A DNA stretch of 64,000 nt, taken from positions 2,042,481 through 2,106,480 of the forward strand of contig CM119264.1 of NCBI GenBank assembly GCA_051294375.1. The letters run 5' to 3'. How positions within the stretch are numbered: the first letter of the stretch is position 1; the number at the start of each line of letters is the position of its first letter. The notes under the pieces are model-generated. The model was not told the origin of the DNA and ran no database searches. It was given only the letters and a program-made list of their open reading frames with translations. The position numbers and the translations under genes were made by a program. Positions 53,434 through 64,000 of this stretch are shown piece after piece. This DNA is from Paraspadella gotoi. Taxonomy: Eukaryota; Animalia; Chaetognatha.

Positions 53434-53900
53434 ACTTCTCTTTTTGTCTTTCCCACTTTTAAACTTATCTTTTTGTTTTTCCCACTTTTAAACTTCTCTT
53501 TTTGTCTTTCCCACTTTTAAACTTCTCTTTTTGTCTTTTCCCCTTTTAAACTTCTCTTTTTGTCTTTCCCACTTTTAAACTTCTCTTTTTGTCTTTCCCA
53601 CTTTTAAACTTCTCTTTTTGTCTTTCCCCCTTTTAAATTACTCTTTTTGTCTTTCCCACTTTTAAACTTCTCTTTTTGTCTTTCCCACTTTTAAACTTCT
53701 CTTTTTGTCTTTCCCCCTTTTAAACTTCTCTTTTTGTCTTTCCCACTTTTAAACTTCTCTTTTTGTCTTTCCCACTTTTAAACTTCTCTTTTTGTCTTTC
53801 CCCCTTTTAAACTTCTCTTTTTGTCTTTCCCACTTTTAAACTTCTCTTTTTGTCTTTCCCACTTTTAAACTTCTCTTTTTGTCTTTCCCACTTTTAAACT
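53434..53900. repeat. 29-bp minisatellite (TTCTCTTTTTGTCTTTCCCACTTTTAAAC), about 16 copies
   Basis: Highly homogeneous tandem units. Confidence 0.95.
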
Positions 53901-54664
53901 CATCGTTTCTGCCGTCGAGGCGTCAGTCCCTGTTGGCGTGAGCCTCTCTGTCGTCGCTAGACACTCAGACCGTCTCGAGATCGAGGCGTTTACCGGTTTC
54001 ATTTGTGAAAAATGAATTCAAGTGGAGATTTATATTTAGTGAGAGCGAAACATGATACAAATAACTTGCGTTTCGTTTTTCCATTTATAAACTTTCGTTT
54101 TCCTTAAGATATCAATTTTTTTTCTAAGTATTTTAAAAACGTTTTACCACGTTTTCTAATATTTAAAGAGATTGAAAATAAGAAAACCTCTTCTTAGTAA
54201 ATCTGAAAATACCTTAGTTCTTAGTAAATGACTAAATCTTATTCTTGTCTCGTCACTGAAAGGCTGAAGTAATCTGTAATGGCGAGACAGAAATAAAGCT
54301 CCGGCCGACACACGACGATTAAAAAGAGAAGGGAAGGGAAATTTGAGGCTCTCTCTCTCTCTCTCTCTCTCTCACACTCTCTCTCCACTTACCACTTTCA
54401 TCGTTTTCGGAGTTTTGGTTGCGGTTGTCCTCTCGGTTTGACCTACCACTCTCCTCCCTCCCTTTTCTATCTCTCTCTCTTATCCTCTCTCTTCGGTTCT
54501 TTTACTTCACTCTCTTTTTCAAGCGCTCCTCATTCTGTTTCGATTTAACAGGAAATTCTCTAATCTTCTCTTCTCAGTTCACTGACTTACTTTTTAGATC
54601 CCCGTGAATAATTGGTAACATTGATTTTCTTCAAAAGATTCACGTTTTTCCTCAATCATTATAT

Positions 54665-54712
<48 letters not shown>

Positions 54713-54722
54713 TTCTTCCTCT

Positions 54723-54754
<32 letters not shown>

Positions 54755-55448
54755 CTCTCTCTCCTTTCTCCTCCGCCATAAAAACCCTTACCCAGTCCAA
54801 TCTCCTCTTCCTCACCTCTGCTCTTCCTCTTCCGCCTCAACACGTGGTCAACTCTTCCTCCTCCTCCTCTTTAAGTGAATCCTCGGTTCTTTGTTCACGA
54901 CCTCGCCGCTTTTGTCCGCCTTTCCGCCTCTAGGCCGCCTCTCCACCGCCTCTCGGCCGCCGGCGGATAAGAGTCGGTCCGGCGGCCGTGAACCCCCTTC
55001 TTCTTCTTCTTCTTCTTCTTCTTCTTCTCTTGCGGTCGTGGATTCTCCATCATCGATGGACGATGACGAATTTTTTTCGCTCTCGACATTTTTTTTTTCT
55101 AGTTTTTCTCTCTCGTCCTCGTTTTAATAGTTTAGTTCGTTGTTGTTGTAGCTTCATCCTTGTCCGTTTGGCGACATAAGGAAGCGATTACTCTAAAAGG
55201 CCGCGCGTAATTCGTGCCGTCAGTCGTGGGAACAAGGAATTCCGAGAATCAGAAAAAAAGTTGAAAAATAGTTTTTTCTTTTTTTTTTTTCTGTTTGACT
55301 CCACGTGGCTCGATTACATCAGAACAATAGATATTTTTAAAAATAACAAAAAAAAAACTTCTATGACAGATTTACCTGTCGTTTCGACTCGGAAAACTTC
55401 CTCATTAAACTCAGTTTTTAAAATCCGGCTAGATTTATCGGCAAGCTG

Positions 55449-55451
<3 letters not shown>

Positions 55452-55523
<72 letters not shown>

Positions 55524-57088
55524 AAAAAAAAAAAAGGCCCGTGTGTGTTTTTTATTTCATGAATTCCTAAAGTCGGAGGGAATATTTTGATTTTTTGGGG
55601 GAAAAGTTTTTGTGGATTTGTCGAGCGCCAGATTTCGCTTGTTTATTTACTCGAGCATAATTCTTGGATTCGGTTGAACAATCCAGCCTTTTGTGTGAAA
55701 ATTAAGTTTTTTTTTCTTTCTTTCATTTGCTAAAAAATAAGAAAAAATCGTCTTAGTTTGGAGTTTTTATGGCTAATCATTAATCTATAACTAAAGTTGT
55801 TAAGTTTATTTTTATGTACTACTTGGTAACCGGGACCGCGATAATCATAATGGGGACTTTGCTTAATTGTTTTCTATTTTCTTTTTATGGATCTGGTTTT
55901 TAGTTTTGCCGCGAGTATTCGCGGAGCAACTTTACGAGTCACTTTTTTGTCGGTCTGTTTCTCTTTCCTATATAAGTAAGGTTTAAATATATTTAAATTA
56001 TGTTAGAATAAACTATTTTAGTATGGATGTATTTTTTAGAGAAAGGAGGTACAAAAATTATTTTTCTGTGAATAAAAAGAACAGTCGGGTGAAGTGAATC
56101 AAAATTTAGCAGTTACATCTTGAAAATGATCATATTACTGAATACTAATCTATAATTTTTTAAATTTTTTTATGAATATAGTAGCCCAGTCAGCTTAATT
56201 TGTATATAGTATTACCCTTATAAAATGTCAAAATTTCAAAATGGTTTTTTTAATCCTTTAATTCAAATTCCCCGTTAAAAGTTGAGAAAAGAAAATATAA
56301 ATCTTTTTCAAATATTATGTTATTAAGTAGGTTAAAATTATAAAAAAATATATTTTTAAACTGGAAATTAAAAATTGGCGTTTAAAATATAGTTTTTTAT
56401 ATTTTTGATGAACTTAATAAAAAAAAATTTAAAAAAGATTTATACTTTCTTATATCAACTATAATCCAATCAATTAATCCAAATCCGTTCTTAAAATTTT
56501 AAAATTTTCATTATGAAATTTTAGCCTATTATATCCTTATTAATATTACTACATTTAAATATAACTCACTGGTGCTCACTAATGTATAAGTTTTAGTTTT
56601 ATATGCTAAATTTTAATTTTATAAAATTTTATTATTTTCACATCACTCTAGTGAAGAGGTTTTATATAATGAAATTGGTATAACCAATACAACAATTATC
56701 CATTCATTTAATAAATAAGATATCTTGCCCCTGACTTTGGAAAGGCTTTATATGTATTTTGTGTTGACATTTTATCTCCTAAAAATAAATGATTCACTAT
56801 TTTTTACAGATTTTTTTTAAAATGTAAATAACTTTAAATAAATACGCAAATGAGGTTTGAAATTGAATAGAAGCTTATAAAAAACAAATGGTCAATCGAA
56901 TAGTTAATGAGGCGCAAAAATTTTCTTTAAGAACATTATCATTAAGTCACGATAGGGAAACCTTTCTTTTTTTTTCTCCGCGCGGCCGCCCTTATCATTT
57001 GTGGTTTTCTTCCACTTATACTTTTCGAGAACGACTACAACAACAACTTCTTTTCCTCTTCGACCGACGCGAACCACTTTATTTCTCG

Positions 57089-57121
<33 letters not shown>

Positions 57122-58668
57122 TGGTTCGCGTCGGTCGAAGAGGAAAAGAAGTTGTTGTTGTAGTCGTTCTCGAAAAGTATAAGTGGAAGAAAACCACAAA
57201 TGATAAGGGCGGCCGCGCGGAGAAAAAAAAGAAAGGTTTCCCTATCGTGACTTAATGATAATGTTCTTAAAGAAAATTTTGCGCCTCATTAACTATTCGA
57301 TTGACCATTTTGTTTTTTATAAGCTTCTATTCAATTTCAAACCTCATTTGCGTATTTATTTAAAGTTATTTACATTTTTAAAAAAATCTGTAAAAATAGT
57401 GAATCATTTATTTTTAGGAGTAAAATGTCAACACAAATACATATAAAGCCTTTCCAAAGTCAGGGGCAAGAGTATCTTATTTAATTAAATGAATGGATAA
57501 TTGTTGTATTGGTTATACCAATTTCATTATATAAAACCTCTTCACTAGAGTGATGTGAAAATAATAAAATTTTATAAAATTAAAATTTAGCATATAAAAC
57601 TAAAACTATATACATTAGTGAGCACCAGTGAGTTATATTTAAATGTAGTAATATTAATAAGGATATAATAGGCTAAATTTCATAATGAAAATTATTAAAA
57701 ATTTAAGAACGGATTTGATTAATTGATTGGATTATAGTTGATATAAGAAAGTATAAATCTTTTTAAATTTTTTATTAAGTTCATCAAAAATATAAAAAAC
57801 TATATTTTAAACGCCAATTTTAATTTCCAGTTTAAAAATATATTTTTTTATAATTTTAACCTACTTAATAACATAATATTTGAAAAAGATTTATATTTTC
57901 TTTTCTCAACTTTTAACGGGAAATTTGAATTAAAGGATTAAAAAAACCATTTTGAAATTTTGACATTTATAAGGGTAATACTATATACAAATTAAGCTGA
58001 CTGGGCTACTATATTCATAAAAAAATTTAAAAAATTATAGATTAGTATTCAGTAATATTGATCATTTTCAAGATGTAACTGCTAAATTTTGAATTCACTT
58101 CACCCGACTGTTCTTTTTATTCAAGAAAAATAATTTTTGTACCTCCTTTCTCTAAAAAATACATCCATACTAAATAGTTTATTTCTAAACATAATTTAAA
58201 TATATTTAAACACTTACTTATATAGGAAAGAGAAACAGACCGACAAAAAAGTGACTCGTAAAGTTGCTCCGCGAATACTCGCGGCAAAACTAAAAACCAG
58301 ATCCATAAAAAGAAAATAGAAAACAATTAAGCAAAGTCCCATTATGATTATCGCGGTCCCGGTTACCAAGTAGTACATAAAATAAACTTAACAAACTTTA
58401 GTTATAGATTAATGATTAGCCATAAAAACTCCAAACTAAGACGATTTTTTCTTATTTTTTAGCAAATGAAAGAAAGAAAAAAAAACTTAATTTTCACACA
58501 AAAGGCTGGATTGTTCAACCGAATCCAAGAATTATGCTCGAGTAAATAAACAAGCGAAATCTGGCGCTCGACAAATCCACAAAAACTTTTCCCCCAAAAA
58601 ATCAAAATATTCCCTCCGACTTTAGGAATTCATGAATAAAAAACACACACGGGCTTTTTTTTTTTTTG

Positions 58669-58730
<62 letters not shown>

Positions 58731-58736
58731 CTCTCT
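55452..58736. repeat. Near-perfect fold-back palindrome with ~1.6-kb arms centred on a (GA)n tract at ~57090-57118
   Basis: 55521-57076 is the reverse complement of ~57121-58670; the outer (GA)n and (TC)n tracts extend the symmetry. Confidence 0.93.
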
Positions 58737-58761
58737 NNNNNNNNNNNNNNNNNNNNNNNNN

Positions 58762-58838
<77 letters not shown>

Positions 58839-58972
58839 ACTGTTTTTTCCGTTGAATCCAAATCTCTTTGTAGTTTTAGAGAAATCTCGGTGTTCGAAAT
58901 CAGACGGTTTCATCGTTTTTACCTCTCAGGACTCAAAACCACATGCTGAGTTGATTTCCCGAGAGTTTTTTT

Positions 58973-59058
<86 letters not shown>

Positions 59059-59345
59059 CCTCGTTTTTTCCCCCTTTTTCTCTCTTTTCAATTTCTCGGT
59101 GTCGATGAAAACACAAAACAAAAAAATACGTCTTAATTTTTGCGTTAGAAAAAAAGAAGAAAATTCCATTGTTTGACATCAGAAAAAATGAAATATCTTT
59201 GTCGCGTTTACTCGTTCGCCCGGGCGACTTAACTCCACGTCGCATGCGAGCAATGAGAAAAAAAACGCCCAAACACTTGAGGCCAAAAAGAACCTTTTTC
59301 GAATTGCAAACAAAAATGGCTTTTCTCTCTCTCTCACTTCTCTCT

Positions 59346-59421
<76 letters not shown>

Positions 59422-59559
59422 AAGTCAAGAAACGAAAGAATAAATTCGAAATTTCAAAAATAATTTCGCTTTTAAAATAAAAGAAAACAATTTCACGCCT
59501 AAACATTCCATTGCCCCGTCGTTCGTAATTTTTTTTTAACCGTAACTCATTCGCCATTG

Positions 59560-59642
<83 letters not shown>

Positions 59643-61046
59643 CGCGATTTTGAAATTCTCTCTCCGCTCGCGCGGTTTCGGAACCTCAAGGTCTCCCTCT
59701 TCTCCCAGTCTCTTGATTCGTGCGGAAGGGCGAGGCTGAACGATCCTGAGTCAGGACTCAAAAGTTCCTTCGCCTTAGAATTGATTTTCGATGATCCTTT
59801 TTTCATTCTTCGTCTCGTTTAATCTCGATTTCGCAACATTTACTCTTTTTTTATTTTTTAAACGAATCACTTTTTTTCTTTTTCACCATAAATTCTCCGG
59901 CTCATCAGGGTTGACGACTTCACCCGCGGTCGGCCCACATCGGACCCCCACACTCCCACCACGCCCGCCCACACACAATGATAACTCTCTTCTGGCTGTG
60001 TGATCGATTTCTCGCGCTTACAGAATCTCTAACGCAACAAAAGAGAGAAACTAAACAAATCGTTACTGCGTCATCAATCCGATTTTCGATTCGCTAAGTC
60101 TCTTTTTTGAGTCCAAACGCCGCCGCCGCCGCCGTCTCTCTCTCTCTCTCTCTTCTCTCTCTCTTCTCTCTCTCTCTCTCTCTCTCATCTCTCTTCTCTC
60201 TCTCACACCCCGGAAAAAAAAATAAAAAAGGAGGCTCGGAGAGAAACTGGCGCTCGCAACGTCTCTCCCTCGGGAGTTTTCTCTCCGCCGCTGGTGCGAT
60301 GATCATGAAGAAGATGCGTGTCAGCGTTTCCGTCGCTGGTCTCTGCCCAGGATCTTTGGGTGAGGAAAATCCCTCTGGGGGTGAGGGCTTCGCGAGGGCT
60401 TGTCCCGGCCTGTCCGGGACGCCCTTGGTTCTGATCCGACCCAGAAGAATCCTTAAGTCAACGACCGATTGGCGCTGGATTTGGGGGGGGGGGGGGGATG
60501 ATGTCACTGGTTTTTGCCAAAAGAAGAACCAAAGAAAATCTGTGTTTGTTCTCCTTTATTTTGGGATCGCGGAGCCAGGACTATTTTCTTGGCAAATGCT
60601 ATTTAAAGAAACATCCTCCATCTTCCTCTGTTTGCCAATCAAAAGACTTGATAAACAAAGAAGATTAGGAGATCAGTAAAGGGGATTTAAAAGGAAACAT
60701 ACAATAAGTCGCCAAATGTTTTTCTCTTGTTGTCGTAAATCGAATAAATACTGAAGAATAATGTACCGTGTGAACTGCGTTGAAATTTCATGCCAAAGGT
60801 TTTTTTAAATATCCCATGGAAACGGGTTTTTTTTTTCATTTTTAAAATTACTATTATAAACGCCCAACTAATACATAAAACCTTAATTATTCAATCTGGT
60901 CAGAATGAAAATTTTTGAGGATTAATTTTTAAAAATTTTTTATTATCCATTATCCATAGTAGTAACCATTATCCATACGTGTTTTTAGCAATGGTTATAT
61001 TTTTCTATTTTTCTCCACTAAAAACATCAAACTTCTCTTTTTTCAG

Positions 61047-61216
61047 GAAGGGGCGGCGAAAGGCGGACAAGGACCCCCGACCCCGGATGGCACCCCGGGC
61101 CCCCTTACCTCGAGCCTTCGGGGCGCGGCTGCGGCTGCACTTCGCCACGCCCACTCTGCTTCCTGCCTACGTCGTCTTCCTCAGGGGTCGACTTGACGAG
61201 TGGTTGGCCACTCACA
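61047..61216 (+). CDS. Orphan GC-rich exon (...LRLHF...YVVFLRGRLDEWLATH); possible CBM48/AMPK-beta-like glycogen-binding start
   Basis: ttttttcag acceptor and A|GTGAGT donor bracket a GC-rich block; the family assignment is a weak resemblance only. Confidence 0.4.
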
Positions 61217-61228
61217 GTGAGTGTCGGG

Positions 61229-61790
61229 ACTGGTGGGGTGACGACTGACGATTGGTGGGGATGTTGGAGTGTGGTGTGAACCGTGAATGGATGGGAGTGA
61301 CTGACGTTAGTAATGGAGTGACTGATTGGTGGGGATGTTGGAGTGTGGTGTGAACCGTGAATGGATGGAGTGACGACTGACGATTGGTGGGGATGTTGAG
61401 TGTGGTGTGAACCGTGAATGGATGGAGTGACCGACTGACGATTGGTGGGGATGTTGGATGTGGTGTGAACCGTGAATGGATGGGAGTGAGACTGACGATT
61501 GGTGGGATGTTGGAGTGTGGTGTGAACCGTGATGGATGGGAGTGACGACTGACGATTGGTGGGGATGTTGGAGTGTGGTGTGAACCGTGAATGGGATGGG
61601 AGTGACGACTGACGATTGTGGGGATGTTGGAGTGTGGGTGTGAACCGTGAATGGATGGGAGTGACGACTGACGATATGGTGGGGATGTTGGTGTGTGGTG
61701 TGAACCGTGAATGGATGGGAGTGACGACTGACGATTGTGGGGATGTTGGAGTGTGGTGTAGGAACCGTGAATGGATGGGAGTGACGACTG
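61229..61790. repeat. ~59-60-bp G-rich minisatellite, about 9 copies
   Basis: gatgttggagtgtggtgtgaaccgtgaatggatgggagtgacgactgacgattggtggg repeated head to tail. Confidence 0.93.
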
Positions 61791-62102
61791 CTCTCTCTCT
61801 CTCTCTCTTTCTTCCTCGTTTTTTCCCCCTTTTTCTCTCTTTTCAATTTCTCGGTGTCGATGAAAACACAAAACAAAAAAATACGTCTTAATTTTTGCGT
61901 TAGAAAAAAAGAAGAAAATTCCCATTGTTTGACATCAGAAAAAAATGAAATATCTTTGTCGCGTTTACTCGTTCGCCCGGGCGACTTAACTCCACGTCGC
62001 ATGCGAGCAAATGAGAAAAAAAAACGCCCAAACACTTTGAGGCCAAAAAGAACCTTTTTCGAATTGCAAACAAAAATGGCTTTTCTCTCTCTCTCACTCC
62101 TC

Positions 62103-62187
<85 letters not shown>

Positions 62188-62322
62188 AAGTCAAGAAACG
62201 AAAGAATAAATTCCAGAATTTCAAATAATTTATAAAATAAAAGAAAACAATTTCACGCCTAAACATTCCATTGCCCCGTCGTTCGTAATTTTTTTTTAAC
62301 CGTAACTCATTCGCCATTGTTC
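61791..62322 (+). repeat. Direct copy of ~59040-59562
   Basis: Near-identical sequence (tttctcggtgtcgatgaaaacac...cgtaactcattcgccattgttc). Confidence 0.9.
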
Positions 62323-64000
62323 TTTTCCCCTTTCCTTTCCTTTCCTTTCCTTCTTCCTTTCCTTTCCTCCTTCCTTCTTTCCTTCCTTTCCTTTCCTTTC
62401 CTTTCCTTTCTTTCACTTTCCTTTCCTCCCTTCTTCATTATTTAACTCTTTCCTTCCCTTTCCTTCGTTCCTCCCTTATCCTTTCCTCCCTTTCTTCATT
62501 ATTTTAACTCTTTCCTCTCTTTTCTTCCTCCCTCCTTTCCAGATACTTCGAACGAGGAAGCGTCCGGGCGACGAGGACACGAGCCTCGACATAAAGATGT
62601 GTCGAAAGCGACGACGCCTCGTCGCTGGAGGCGAAATGAAGCCGACCATCTGGACATTCCACTCGATAGCTACATCGAAGGACCAGGTTGAGAGTCAAAG
62701 TGTTCTGTCAAGAATCAAACTTTATGTGAAAATTTATCAGCGGACTTTTTACTTTGTGGAGGATTCGTGGTGAATGTTGAGTTAGGATGGGAAAAAGAAA
62801 TGAGTAAAGAGGAAAAGGAAAAGAAAAGAAAAGAAAAGAAAAGAAAAGAAGGAAAGAAAAAAAAAAAAGAAAAAGAAAAAAAAGAAAAGAAAGAGAAAGA
62901 AAGAAAAGAAAAGAAAGAAAAGCAAAAGAAGTGAATAGGAAAGTTTAAAAAGACTTGAAAGAAATAAAAGTTACGTTCTTTTTTTAATTTAATATTTGAT
63001 TTATTTAAATTTATTAATAAAAACAAACAATTAGTATCGCTGGCCTAAAATCCAAATACTGAACTAGATACTTGAAAAATCACTCGTCCAATTGTCTTTC
63101 CTACCAGTTTTCTACCTCACAATGACTTAAATTAAATAAATCGTAAACAATTTGATCAAATCAAATCAATAAATCTCGACCTTCCCTCCTCCTCCTCCTC
63201 CTCCCTTCCTCCTCTCCAATTCAGACTCCGCGAACGAATCAAGACGCCTCGCGGGTCCGCCGACACTTTCCATCCCCTCATCTTACCGGAAGGCGTCGGT
63301 TCCGTCGCCGGGAGCCTCTCGACGATCCATCCAGCTCCTTCCGGGGATTTCGACTTCGACGACTCCGCAATTGGGGCCCCTGGTTCACCAAACTGGCGGG
63401 GGAATGTACAGCGGATGCGACGACGAAGAGGATGTGGCGGCGAGAGGATAGATATCAGAGGGACAGTCGCGAGGGTGTGAGAGAGGGGAGAGGGGGGGGA
63501 GGTGAGAGATGCAGAGGATTAGAATGAATAGAGGAGAGAATAGGAGATAGGGTGGAGCAGAGAAAGCAGTAGAGGAGCAATCTGCGATCTGGTTGTCGGA
63601 ATTGAGATTCTGATGGATTCATGATGGGAGAAGTGATAAAGAGGAGGAGGATGGATAGGAGTGAGATCGGACGGCAGGCTGTCCGGCTTGATAATGAAAA
63701 CAAACAATAATAAACCAAATGAAGAAGGTGAACTCAGTCAAACTCACGTTTGATTTCCTCTCCTTTATCGCCCTTCATTACAAACATCCAGCCCCATATT
63801 TTTACAAAACTCCTCTTCCATCAAAGATATAGACATTTCCCTCATGACCGCTTCCATTCTCTTCCCATTTCTCTTCATATTATCCGATTTGATACATTCC
63901 CTTTCCACTCCAATCCCAAATTCCAACTTTTTGGCCCAATTTGCCCAAGACCCAATCTCCCTTTATGCCCTTTTTGCCCAATGCCTACTTTCATACAAAA
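62323..64000 (+). pseudogene. Frameshifted direct copy of ~46630-48245 (cadherin exon 8 at 62543-62686, exon 9 at 63225-63480, 3' flank); artefact or pseudogene
   Basis: Colinear with the intact copy, including introns; many 1-nt indels break both exons; runs off the window edge. Confidence 0.8.

Noticed and set aside
58919-59806. 295-aa RE-repeat ORF
   Set aside because: Held open by (GA)n microsatellites; no domain content.
61229-61790. CRISPR-like array or repetitive protein (ORFs 61212-61925, 61307-62416)
   Set aside because: Head-to-tail repeats with no unique spacers, no cas genes, and a eukaryotic context.

Overview
Draft-assembly DNA from an animal (eukaryote): AT-rich, many N gaps, dense (GA)n, (GAC)n and (GAAAA)n microsatellites, and GT-AG introns. 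Most ORFs in the track are repeat or N-gap artefacts. The main real gene is a multi-exon classical-type cadherin on + (ATG 39094 to TGA 47746, about 720 aa by hand splicing). It has an RQKR processing site, apparently only four EC repeats, a poly-Val TM helix, and p120- and beta-catenin-binding tail motifs. Also present: a gap-interrupted secreted C-type-lectin-like gene (11651-12755), two orphan exons (51163-51200, 61047-61216) and a promoter-like motif cluster (about 48890-49360). Much of the window is duplicated: an ~8 kb indel-ridden inverted copy of the cadherin, a ~3.3 kb fold-back palindrome, and several noisy direct copies. Their junctions mostly fall in microsatellites, so they are most likely long-read gap-fill or amplification artefacts. 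I found no rRNA, tRNA, CRISPR array or recognisable transposase. All calls are by eye; no searches were run.
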